A DNA stretch of 64,000 nt from Nitrospiraceae bacterium (GCA_037442105.1 JBBIQV010000002.1:1-64000), one strand, 5' to 3'; shown: positions 9,797-18,365, numbered from the stretch's first letter. Notes: a model not told the origin generated them from the sequence alone. Translations and numbers: made by a program.

Positions 9797-9994
9797 TAGA
9801 AAACAGCGAGCGGCGAGAAGCGAATAGAGAATAGCGAATAGCTCGGAGGTCCCGGCTACTCGCTACCGGCTACCAGCTATTCGCTGGTAGAAGCGAGCAG
9901 AAAACAGCGAATAGCAAGCAGCGGAAGAAGAGCCTCATACGCTACCAGCTATTCGCTGCTCGCTGCTAGCTACATGTGCTGAGCGACGAAGAGC

Positions 9995-10567
9995 ATGGCC
10001 ACACTCACATCACCGATGACAGTCGAACAATTCTGGAAGCTCTGTGGCGACGGGCGAGGGCGTGAACTTGTAGCAGGGGAGGTCGTCGAGGTGGCGCCGG
10101 GATCGGTCGAGCATGGAAGAGTGGCTCTCACAGCAGCCTTTCCTCTTCAGGTGTTTCTGCGGGAGCACCCGATCGGGGAAATTCTTGGGAACGACACCGG
10201 CTTTCTCCTCAGCCGCAATCCGGATATCGTCCGAGGTCCTGATATCGCGTTTGTGCGTCGGGAACGACTGGCGAATCTGCCACGCGAAGGCTTTTTCCCC
10301 GGCGCGCCCGATCTCGCTGTGGAGGTCGTGTCGCCGAACGATCTGGCGCAGGAGGTCGAACGGAAGGTGCAAGACTATCTCACGGCCGGTGCCGCGTTGG
10401 TGTGGGTGCTCTATCCCGAAACCCGGCATGTGATGGTCTATCGGCCGGGAGGAGAGGCGCGGGTCTTGAGCCGGAAGGACGCGCTGGAGGGGGCTGACGT
10501 GCTGCCTGGGTTTACGTGCAAGGTGGAGGAACTGTTCGGAAGGAACGAGCCGCTTCTTCGCAAATGA
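9995..10567 (+). CDS. Uma2-family (DUF820) endonuclease
   Basis: ELVAGE, H, GPDIAFV, GAPDLAVEVVSP, KVQDYL and LPGF motifs. Confidence 0.92.
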   Translation: MATLTSPMTVEQFWKLCGDGRGRELVAGEVVEVAPGSVEHGRVALTAAFPLQVFLREHPIGEILGNDTGFLLSRNPDIVRGPDIAFVRRERLANLPREGFFPGAPDLAVEVVSPNDLAQEVERKVQDYLTAGAALVWVLYPETRHVMVYRPGGEARVLSRKDALEGADVLPGFTCKVEELFGRNEPLLRK

Positions 10568-10576
10568 TGGTAATGA

Positions 10577-10852
10577 TTGACGGAAGACAGGAGTTCGATA
10601 CAGTACCAAAGCAATCGCTGAGATATTCTTCGCCGGGTGGAAAGAAGGGGGGTGACGCGCGATTGAAACATGCATGACCCGGACGTGCGGGTCACCCTGA
10701 AACAGAAGGCCATGAACAACGTTCGGAGGGCTGGGCACAACGCTCTCCGAAGTGAAGCAGGGAAAGAACAGGGACGGTGAGTTCATAGTGGGAAAGGTTG
10801 GATGGACCCAACCTTACGGGGAGAGAGGCACGTATCTAACAGGAGGAACGCT
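10577..10852 (+). promoter_or_regulatory. Putative promoter plus long structured 5' leader of porin gene 1
   Basis: TTGACG-N16-TACAGT at 10577-10604; hairpins at 10675-10694, 10722-10751 and 10794-10815; AGGAGG at 10841. Confidence 0.45.
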
Positions 10853-11842
10853 ATGAGAAGCATCCATGGAGGGAAGCGGTGGGCCGGTTTGGCCACCATC
10901 GTCGGTGCTGCAGTGGCTGCGGTCCTGCAATTGTTCACCCTACCTGCCTTCGCGGGGTTTGAGCTGCCCCCGGGCGAACGCATCACGAACCTGCCCCACA
11001 TTCCTCGGTCCATTCCGCAAAAGGAAGCCTACGAGATCTACGATCCGGTTATCGGCCGGAACTTTGACGTCAAGAACTTCTGGCTGCGCGCAGACCTGCG
11101 CGTCAGGCCGGAGTTCCGGACGAACGCCTGCTTCGGAGCAGCGCAAGGAGGAGGGGGGGCGTGCAACAGCTTTCAAGGCGGTGCCAATCCTGCTCAATCC
11201 AGACAGGCTGCAGGAAAAGCCAACGACATGTATGTCCAACAGTGGGTGCGGTTGGGCATCGGCTATGACCTGTCGCCGGACGTCAACTTCTACATGGAAA
11301 TTATCGACTCGGCCGTGTGGGGNNNNNNNNNNNNNNNNNNNNNNNNNNNNNNNNNNNNNNNNNNNNNNNNNNNNNNNNNNNNNNNNNNNNNNNNNNNNNN
11401 NNNNNNNNNNNNNNNNNNNNNNAGCGGCACTGGCTGTAAGTCAGCCAACACCTTTGAGAACTTCTTCCCGACAAACCACATCCACATGGGCTACATGGAC
11501 ATCCAGGCCTGGAAGAACATGTTGGCACCTCAGGCCAACTTACAGTTCCGTCCGAGCACCAGAGACCATGTGGAGTTCTGGTACAGCAATCTGAATCTGG
11601 CCAGCTCGAAGGACTGTTGGTATCGAGCCGCTCAAGGCTGTTACGTGAACTCGAAGGTGAACAACACGAAGACCCACATCGGCGACGAACTCGACATTAC
11701 CTGGACCCGCATGTTTGCCGATGGCAAGGTGGCGTTCCAAGCGACCTACGGCCATATGTGGGCCGGCGGCTACATCCAGGAGAACCTGGGACAGAGCAAA
11801 GACCAGTCCTGGGGCTTCGCCCAGATCTGGATGAATTTCTAG
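10853..11842 (+). CDS. Alginate-export-family outer-membrane porin, copy 1 (interrupted by assembly gap)
   Basis: N- and C-terminal parts align by eye with the 14173 gene; TFENFFPTNH motif; C-terminal Phe; 100 N at 11323-11422. Confidence 0.8.
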   Translation: MRSIHGGKRWAGLATIVGAAVAAVLQLFTLPAFAGFELPPGERITNLPHIPRSIPQKEAYEIYDPVIGRNFDVKNFWLRADLRVRPEFRTNACFGAAQGGGGACNSFQGGANPAQSRQAAGKANDMYVQQWVRLGIGYDLSPDVNFYMEIIDSAVWXXXXXXXXXXXXXXXXXXXXXXXXXXXXXXXXXXSGTGCKSANTFENFFPTNHIHMGYMDIQAWKNMLAPQANLQFRPSTRDHVEFWYSNLNLASSKDCWYRAAQGCYVNSKVNNTKTHIGDELDITWTRMFADGKVAFQATYGHMWAGGYIQENLGQSKDQSWGFAQIWMNF

Positions 11843-11994
11843 CTGCGAGCGAACAGCGAATAGCTGGTAGCGAACAGCTAGAAAGAGCGAGTAGCTAACA
11901 GCGGGTAGCGAATAGCTATGAAACAGAGAGCAGCGAATAGCCGGCGGTAAGCAGTCCGAGGCTATCAGCTACGAGCTACCTGCTATTAGCTTAG

Positions 11995-12363
11995 GTGATG
12001 CGCGATTTCAGACAATTCACCGTATGGAAGAAAGCGCGTAATCTCGTGATGGATGTGTACAAAGAATCAGCCCGGTTTCCTGTGTCGGAACAGTATGGGC
12101 TGACCAGCCAACTCAGAAGGGCTGCGGTGTCTGTTGCGGCGAATATCGCCGAGGGCTCAGGTCGGGGAAGCGATCAGGAGTTTGCGCGCTTCCTCGATAT
12201 GGCTCACGGCTCCGTGGCGGAAACCCATTCTCATGTGATGCTGGCCTGCGATCTTGGCTTCATGAAGCCTCAGGTCGCGGAACGCCTTTCCGAGAAAGTG
12301 GTGGAAATCAGACGAATGTTGAATGGACTGAGCGAGACGTTACGAAAGAAGAATGGTGAATAG
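11995..12363 (+). CDS. Four-helix bundle protein (23S rRNA IVP / TIGR02436 family) #2
   Basis: FRQFTVWKKA, FPVSEQYGLTSQLRRAAVSVAANIAEG and GSVAET motifs. Confidence 0.92.
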   Translation: MMRDFRQFTVWKKARNLVMDVYKESARFPVSEQYGLTSQLRRAAVSVAANIAEGSGRGSDQEFARFLDMAHGSVAETHSHVMLACDLGFMKPQVAERLSEKVVEIRRMLNGLSETLRKKNGE

Positions 12364-12472
12364 CCATGAGGCGAGTAGCTAATAGCGAGCAGCGGGTAGC
12401 TCGGAGGTCCGGGCTACTTGCTGCCAGCTATTCGCTATTCGCTACTCGCTATCAGCGTAAAAGGAGGACACG

Positions 12473-12874
12473 ATGAGAAAAGTGATGTTACTCGCGGGAG
12501 CAACCGCCATGGTGTTCATGTGGGTGCCGTTCGTCGCGCAGGCCGATCCGATCGCGCTCACCAACGAGGCGATCGTGGAATTGACCGATGCTCCCGGTCT
12601 GGGCAAGCGGACCACGGTGGATTTGAACAAGCGGTGGGGGTCGGACGTGGGCGTGATCAAGAGCGCAACCGCCAAGCTCCAGCAGGCTTTGAGCGAAGCG
12701 GGCGGCAATGCGAACGCCCGGCACCAACTCGAGATGGCGGTCGGTTATGGCAGTGCACAGTTACACAAGGAGGCCCGCTTGTCCGCACAGGGCGCGCTCT
12801 ATTATCTCTGTCAGGGCGCCTCAGGGCCAGGCTGCGATACGGTGCCCAAGTACGGCAGCTACGTGGCGCCGTAA
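12473..12874 (+). CDS. Small exported helical hypothetical protein
   Basis: AGGAGG RBS, signal peptide ending AQA, C-terminal Cys pair. Confidence 0.75.
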   Translation: MRKVMLLAGATAMVFMWVPFVAQADPIALTNEAIVELTDAPGLGKRTTVDLNKRWGSDVGVIKSATAKLQQALSEAGGNANARHQLEMAVGYGSAQLHKEARLSAQGALYYLCQGASGPGCDTVPKYGSYVAP

Positions 12875-13018
12875 AAGAGCGAATAGCTGATAGCTAGTAG
12901 CGGGTAGCCGGAAGTCTCTGAGCTACTCGCTACCAGCTACTTGCTATCTCGTCTGTTCGGGCAGATCCGTCCTCGCGTCAGATGGGGAGAGGGTTTGGGT
13001 GAAGGTAGAAGGACAAGC

Positions 13019-13273
13019 ATGGAAGGCCAGGAATTTAATTTCACGGTCATCTTCGAGCCTGCCGAGGAGGGGGGATATATCGTGATCTGCCCAGCCTTGC
13101 CTGGTCTGGTCACGGAAGGTGATACGCTGGAAGAAGCGCGTCAAATGGCGAGGGATGCGATCCGAGCTTATTTGGAGAGTCTCCATAAGGATGGCCTGCC
13201 AATCCCACCCGACAAGGAAATTATGCTCGAGCCTGTCAAGGAAAAAGTCAGCGTCACTCTTGAAGCCGCATGA
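13019..13273 (+). CDS. hicB: HicB-family antitoxin
   Basis: FEPAEEGGYIVICPALPGLVTEGDTLEEARQMARDAI. Confidence 0.9.
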   Translation: MEGQEFNFTVIFEPAEEGGYIVICPALPGLVTEGDTLEEARQMARDAIRAYLESLHKDGLPIPPDKEIMLEPVKEKVSVTLEAA

Positions 13274-13500
13274 GCCGGCGCCTGCCTGCGCTTCGGCCTC
13301 GTGCCGTGTTGCAAGCGCTCCAACGGGCCGGCTTCTTTCTCCATCACACCACAGGTAGCCACTAGATCCTCAAACATCCGGAGAAACCGAAGCTCAGAGT
13401 GTGCGTGGCCTATCACGGCAAGGATCTCAAGCGGAGAACGCTCGAGTCGATTATCGAACAGGTTGATCTGACCGCCGAAGAGTTTTTGAAACTGTTGTAG
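13270..13500 (+). pseudogene. hicA: HicA-family toxin with internal TAG at 13363-13365
   Basis: Manual translation MSRRLPALRPRAVLQALQRAGFFLHHTTGSH*ILKHPEKPKLRVCVAYHGKDLKRRTLESIIEQVDLTAEEFLKLL*; ATGA overlap with hicB. Confidence 0.85.
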
Positions 13501-13517
13501 GGGGCAATCGAGAAATT

Positions 13518-13556
13518 CCCTCTCCCCCGGCGGGAGAGAGGGAAGGGTGAGGGAGG
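13518..13556. repeat. REP-like palindrome CCCTCTCCC..GGGAGAGAGGG..GGGTGAGGG
   Basis: Related copies at 12984-13005 and 46663-46713. Confidence 0.7.
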
Positions 13557-13565
13557 CGCAACGAG

Positions 13566-14126
13566 CTATTCGAAAATCTGGAGAAGAGCGATCCGGATGT
13601 CTGGCAGTAGAGCAGTTGTGAGGGTGTCTCCCGCCTCTTGACTGAGTTCTGCAGCTCGAACGTAGCCCTGGTCGGCCATTCTGTACACTTTCACGGTTTC
13701 CAGTTCGGGGTCCACGATCCAGTATTCGGGGATGCCGAAGCGTTCATAGAGTTTACGCTTGATGATCTCGTCGGTTTTGCGGGTGGACTCGGAAAGAATC
13801 TCAACCACGAGATCAGGGGCGCCGTGAATGTGGGTTTCCGTGATGATCGAGGACCTGGAGGCGTTGACAAAGAGGAGATCCGGCTCGACGACATCCAGAT
13901 CCGAGAGGACGACATCGGTGGGCGCTGCAAAGACCCGCCCGAGACGGTGTTGGTGAACAAAGAGTCCCAAGATTCGGTGCAAGTTAGAGGAGACGATCTG
14001 ATGCTTGGTCCTGGGTGCTGGAGTCACAAAATGCTCTCCCTCGATGAGTTCGTGGCGTCTCCCGTCATCGGGGAACAGGAGATAGTCTTCGTAGGTAAAT
14101 TTGACACGTTGCGTTTGGGGTGCCAT
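13566..14126 (-). CDS. Uma2-family (DUF820) endonuclease
   Basis: TYEDYLLFPDDGRRHELIEGE, EPDLLFV, GAPDLVVEILS and EYWIVDP. Confidence 0.92.
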   Translation of the reverse strand: MAPQTQRVKFTYEDYLLFPDDGRRHELIEGEHFVTPAPRTKHQIVSSNLHRILGLFVHQHRLGRVFAAPTDVVLSDLDVVEPDLLFVNASRSSIITETHIHGAPDLVVEILSESTRKTDEIIKRKLYERFGIPEYWIVDPELETVKVYRMADQGYVRAAELSQEAGDTLTTALLPDIRIALLQIFE

Positions 14127-14172
14127 CTCAATCCTCGTTCGCTGAATCCACTATAGCAGAGGCACCGCGGGA

Positions 14173-15924
14173 ATGAAAGTTTTGACAGACGTGGGGGGGA
14201 CGATGACAATTTTGCGACCGTTCTGGAGGCTTATTCTCTTCTTGCCGCTGCTGGCCGGCTCACCAGTCGGCCTGCCGGCTTCCGCCGGCGCGGGGTTCGA
14301 ACTTCCCCCCGGCGAGCGCATCACCAATCTCCCCCACATTCCCCGCGCTATTCCCCAAAAAGAAGCCTACGAGCTCTACGATCCTGTCATCGGGCGCAAC
14401 TTCGATATCAAGAATTTCTGGGTGAGGGCCGATCTGCGCGTCCGGCCGGAATGGCGGCACGGGGTCTGCTTCGGCGGCGCTGCTCCGATCGGCGGAGCCT
14501 GCAACAGTTTCGGCGGGTTCAACGGGGCCGGTGGGTCCAGCGCTTCATCGAGTCCTTCCGCGAACGGACAAGCGGGTAGGGCAAACGTGGGCAAAAGCGC
14601 GAACGACTTTTATGTCCAGCAGTGGGCGCGTCTCGGTATCGGCTACGACCTGTCGGCCGATGTGAATTTCTATTTCGAGATGATCGACTCGGCCGTGTGG
14701 GGCGGAAACGGCAGCGCCACCAATGCGGGAAATGCGGGCGACCCATTGAACCACAATTGTTCGAGCACCGCGAACGGCGCATGCCGGCTCGGTGTCCGCG
14801 CCGCCTATGTCTTGGTCAGGAATCTGGGCGATATCCAGGGACTCAGTGTGAAGGCGGGCCGGCAATATATCGTCTTCGGCAACCACTCGCTCTTCGGCCA
14901 CTTCGACTGGGCCAACACCGGCTATTCCCATGATGGCGTCATGTTCCAATACTCGACGAAGGCTTTCGACTCGTACTTGGGATGGTTCCGCCACTCGGAG
15001 ACGGACCTCGCGCAAGGGTCCCCGGTCGGCAGCGGCGGTCCCAACGTAGCCGCAGCAGGATTCGGCGGGCCGGACGCCGGCGCCGATGCGAACATGTTTC
15101 TCTTCTACAACCAGATCAAAGCGGTGCCCGGATTTTTGATCGAGCCGTTTTACGTGTACTACGACAACAACATCCATGAAACCGGTAATTCCGCTCAAGG
15201 GCTCGGGACACCCAAGAAATCTCAGCAGCGCCGCCACATGATCGGGAATCGCACGGAAATGCGAAGGGGTGGCTGGGACTTCATCAACGAGACGGCCTGG
15301 CAGTTCGGCAGCATGGCGGACGGCCTGGGCACGGACAACCAGCGCAACGTGCACATCAACGCCTGGGCGACGAGGAACTGGCTGGGCTACACGGATTTCG
15401 GCCATGCGTGGAAGCCGCGCTTCGCCGTCGGATTCGATTATGCGTCCGGCGACGGAAATGCGAACTGCGCGGTAGGAGGCACGGGAGCGCCGGCCACCGC
15501 GCAAGCCGGCTATGCCTGCCGCACCGGCAACACATTTGAGAACTTTTTCCCGACCAACTACATCCATGCCGGCTACATGCTGAACGCCGCCTGGCGGAAC
15601 TCGGTCCAGCCGCAGGTGAACATCCAAGCGAGGCCCACGCGGCGCGACCATGTGGAGTTTTGGGGGCAACTGCACTACCTGGCCAACGCGCGGGACAACT
15701 GGTATCGCGGAGCCCAGGGTGTCCTCGTCTTCTCCAGACCGGACAACACCTCGAACCACGTCGGCGACGAAGTGGACTTCGCTTGGACGCACATGTTCGC
15801 GGACGGCAAGGTGTCCTTCACGGCCACGTATGGGCACTTCTTCGCCGGCGAGTACGTCAAGAACAACCTGGGCACGAACCAAGATCAGGATTGGGGCATC
15901 GTTCAGTTGTGGATGAACTTCTGA
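14173..15924 (+). CDS. Alginate-export-family outer-membrane porin, copy 2 (start uncertain)
   Basis: KAGRQYIVFG, FDWANTGYSHDG, FDYASGD and TFENFFPTNY motifs; C-terminal Phe. Confidence 0.85.
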   Translation: MKVLTDVGGTMTILRPFWRLILFLPLLAGSPVGLPASAGAGFELPPGERITNLPHIPRAIPQKEAYELYDPVIGRNFDIKNFWVRADLRVRPEWRHGVCFGGAAPIGGACNSFGGFNGAGGSSASSSPSANGQAGRANVGKSANDFYVQQWARLGIGYDLSADVNFYFEMIDSAVWGGNGSATNAGNAGDPLNHNCSSTANGACRLGVRAAYVLVRNLGDIQGLSVKAGRQYIVFGNHSLFGHFDWANTGYSHDGVMFQYSTKAFDSYLGWFRHSETDLAQGSPVGSGGPNVAAAGFGGPDAGADANMFLFYNQIKAVPGFLIEPFYVYYDNNIHETGNSAQGLGTPKKSQQRRHMIGNRTEMRRGGWDFINETAWQFGSMADGLGTDNQRNVHINAWATRNWLGYTDFGHAWKPRFAVGFDYASGDGNANCAVGGTGAPATAQAGYACRTGNTFENFFPTNYIHAGYMLNAAWRNSVQPQVNIQARPTRRDHVEFWGQLHYLANARDNWYRGAQGVLVFSRPDNTSNHVGDEVDFAWTHMFADGKVSFTATYGHFFAGEYVKNNLGTNQDQDWGIVQLWMNF

Positions 15925-16051
15925 TTGTGAGCGAACAGCGAATAGCTGGTAGCGAATAGCAGGTCGCCGTAGGGACTGAGGACCAATTTAAGGCTGCTCG
16001 CTATTCGCTGCTTGCCGTTCATCCTTTGCTTCTTTATACTGCGCCCCAGTC

Positions 16052-17953
16052 ATGCGTCATCTGTCCCTTGATCCTCCCGATTCCTTGAACGTCCAGCCTA
16101 TCTGTGATCTCAATCATCAGCTCCGCCAGCGATTCGGCTTTACGGAGTTCCGCCACGGCCAACGTGAAGCGATCGAGGCCGTGCTCGCCGGCCGTGACGT
16201 GCTGGCGGTGATGCCGACCGGTCGGGGGAAATCGCTCTGTTTCCAATTGCCGGCGACTCTGATGCAAGGTGTGACTCTCGTCATCTCTCCGCTCATCGCG
16301 CTGATGAAGGATCAGGTGGACGGATTGCGTGCGCGCGGTATCGCGGCGTCGGCCTTTCACTCCGGTCTGTCCGAGCATGAGCGGGATCGAGTGATTCAGG
16401 ATCTGCGACTGGGACGGATCCGGCTTCTCTATCTGGCGCCGGAGCGGGTCCAACATGAACGGTTCATCCGGCTGCTCCGGTCCCTGTGGGTGTCCCGGCT
16501 GGTGGTGGACGAGGCGCATTGCATCTCCCATTGGGGCCATGACTTTCGTCCCGACTATCTTCGACTGAACGATCTGCGACGCGAACTCGGCTCGCCGCCC
16601 TGTCTCGCTCTCACCGCGACTGCGACGAAGAAGGTGCAGGACGACATCTGCGAGAAGCTGAGGCTGAACGAGCCCCTGCGCGTGGTGACCGGATTCCGCC
16701 GGCCCAATCTGCGGTTTTCCGTTCGACCTTGTGGATCGAACGCCGAGAAACTGGCGGCGTTGGAGGCGCTTCTGAGCGATGCAGTCTCGGGAAGTATGTT
16801 GATTTACTGCGCGACCAGAAAGCACGTAGAACAGGTTGCTGCGCATCTTTCCCGTGATTCCGTTCTTTCACGCCTGACGCCTGACGCCTCACGCCGGGCG
16901 GTCGGTTTCTACCACGCCGGCCTGGCTGACGACGTGCGGGCGAAGGTCCATGAGCAATTTCTGAGCGGGCAGATTTCGATCCTCGTTGCGACGAATGCCT
17001 TCGGTATGGGGATCGACAAGCCGGACGTGCGCCTCGTCGTCCATTACGATGTGCCGGGGAGCGTCGAAGCTTATTACCAGGAAGCCGGCCGGGCCGGGCG
17101 AGACGGTGCGCCGGCCCGTTGCGTGCTGCTGTTTCAGCACCGGGATGTGAGCACGCAAGAGTATTTTATTCAGCAATCGCCCGGTGGACATGCAACAGCG
17201 CTCCGGGACCTGTTGCGTCAAATGGTCGCCTACGCCTCGGTCGAGATCTGCCGCCAGTTGGCCCTCCTGGACTATTTCGGCGACGTGGAAGAAACGGCGC
17301 TGGGCCCTTGCGGCCAATGCGACCGTTGCGTGGCAGATCCAGACTCCCGCGAGACCGACCACGATCTGCTCGCCGCAGCCCGGTCCGTGTTACAGGCGGT
17401 CGCCCGATTCCACGGTCGTTTCGGCGCAACCAAGATCGTGGAGGTGTTGCATGGCAGCCTGTCAAAGTCGGTGCTGGGGCTCGGTCTTCACACCACGCCC
17501 TCCTTCGGCCAACTCAAGTTCTTGACCAGACCGGCTATCGGCCGCGTGATCCGGTGTCTGACCGCGTCGGGGCATCTCCGTATCGAGGGGCTGGAATTCC
17601 CGCTGTTGGAGTTGACCGACAAGGGGGCCCGCGTCTTAGAAGGGTCTGTTCCGCTTCTGTGGGGGCCTGATTCCGAAGAACCTTCGGCTCAGCGGAATCA
17701 GCCACGCTCCGCGGCCCAGCTCACCAGTCGGCCGGATCCAGATCTGTTCGAACGGCTGCGTCGTTTGCGGACCGAGCTGGCGCACGAAGAAGGCGTCGCC
17801 CCGTTTCTGATCTTCCACGATAAGACACTCCGGCACATCGCCGGCCTCCGTCCATCTTCGGTCGTGGCCTTACAAGAAATCCCCGGCATCGGACCGGCCA
17901 AGCTGGAACGGTATGGGCGGAAAGTGTTGGAAGTGGTGAACGGGAGCGAATAA
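16052..17953 (+). CDS. recQ: ATP-dependent DNA helicase RecQ
   Basis: MPTGRGKS, VDEAHCISHWGHDFRP, ATNAFGMGIDK, QEAGRAGRDG, Zn-binding Cys, RQC and HRDC domains. Confidence 0.95.
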   Translation: MRHLSLDPPDSLNVQPICDLNHQLRQRFGFTEFRHGQREAIEAVLAGRDVLAVMPTGRGKSLCFQLPATLMQGVTLVISPLIALMKDQVDGLRARGIAASAFHSGLSEHERDRVIQDLRLGRIRLLYLAPERVQHERFIRLLRSLWVSRLVVDEAHCISHWGHDFRPDYLRLNDLRRELGSPPCLALTATATKKVQDDICEKLRLNEPLRVVTGFRRPNLRFSVRPCGSNAEKLAALEALLSDAVSGSMLIYCATRKHVEQVAAHLSRDSVLSRLTPDASRRAVGFYHAGLADDVRAKVHEQFLSGQISILVATNAFGMGIDKPDVRLVVHYDVPGSVEAYYQEAGRAGRDGAPARCVLLFQHRDVSTQEYFIQQSPGGHATALRDLLRQMVAYASVEICRQLALLDYFGDVEETALGPCGQCDRCVADPDSRETDHDLLAAARSVLQAVARFHGRFGATKIVEVLHGSLSKSVLGLGLHTTPSFGQLKFLTRPAIGRVIRCLTASGHLRIEGLEFPLLELTDKGARVLEGSVPLLWGPDSEEPSAQRNQPRSAAQLTSRPDPDLFERLRRLRTELAHEEGVAPFLIFHDKTLRHIAGLRPSSVVALQEIPGIGPAKLERYGRKVLEVVNGSE

Positions 17954-18365
17954 GCTATCAGCGTTCAGCCGTCAGCTTTCAGCTTCTGAACAAGAGAAGT
18001 GAGCATCCGCTTGATCTCAGTAACTTTTGGTGCCAACCGATCGTATTCTGTTTTTCTCAGAAAACCTAAATCATAGGAGAGTAACAAGTGGTACTCTAGC
18101 TCACTTGCCGAGCCCAAAGAAATGAGGAGAAATCGTGCGAGTTCAGCCTCTCCATCCCTGCCGCATCCCTCGGCGATGTTAGCCGCGATGGAGGCCGAGG
18201 AACGGCGAATTTGGGTCGTTAGGCTATACCGTTCTTCCTTTGGGAAGGCTACTGTCGCTTGATAAACGGCTAGCGTAAGTCTGTGTGCTTTGTCCCATAC
18301 TTTGAGATCCCTGAAGTTTCGCATTCTTCTTAGCTGATCGCTGAAAGCTGACGGCTGACTGCTAT
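17953..18365. repeat. Heptamer family C (TCAGCNN/NNGCTGA) inverted arms
   Basis: Perfect 19-bp inverted repeat 17965-17983 / 18340-18358; also near 49755-49785, 50872-50945, 55454-55485, 55938-56022 and 58088-58148. Confidence 0.9.
17965..18324 (-). CDS. Four-helix bundle protein (23S rRNA IVP / TIGR02436 family) #3
   Basis: MRNFRDLKVWDKAH, FPKEERYSLTTQIRR, SIAANIAEG and GSASELEYHL; visibly more AT-rich than its neighbours. Confidence 0.93.
   Translation of the reverse strand: MRNFRDLKVWDKAHRLTLAVYQATVAFPKEERYSLTTQIRRSSASIAANIAEGCGRDGEAELARFLLISLGSASELEYHLLLSYDLGFLRKTEYDRLAPKVTEIKRMLTSLVQKLKADG

Larger units (their letters stand above)
7260..13000. repeat. Heptamer family A (TAGCGAA/TTCGCTA) hairpins
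   Basis: Clusters near 7262-7347, 8805-8910, 9010-9090, 9762-9972, 11843-11990, 12360-12455 and 12878-12946; also 15930-16020, 18992-19065 and 27055-27130. Confidence 0.9.

Noticed and set aside
11323..11422. Short, internally deleted porin
   Set aside because: The 100 N is a placeholder, so the true length is unknown
8805..12455. CRISPR array
   Set aside because: The repeats are degenerate 7-mers without constant repeat-spacer periodicity, and there are no cas genes
13363..13365. Pyrrolysine or programmed readthrough in hicA
   Set aside because: There are no pyl genes or supporting signals, and TAG ends many genes here, so a nonsense mutation is simpler
4510..18324. Diversity-generating retroelement or 23S rRNA intervening sequence
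   Set aside because: No reverse transcriptase, no TR/VR pair with adenine-specific differences and no rRNA sequence were seen
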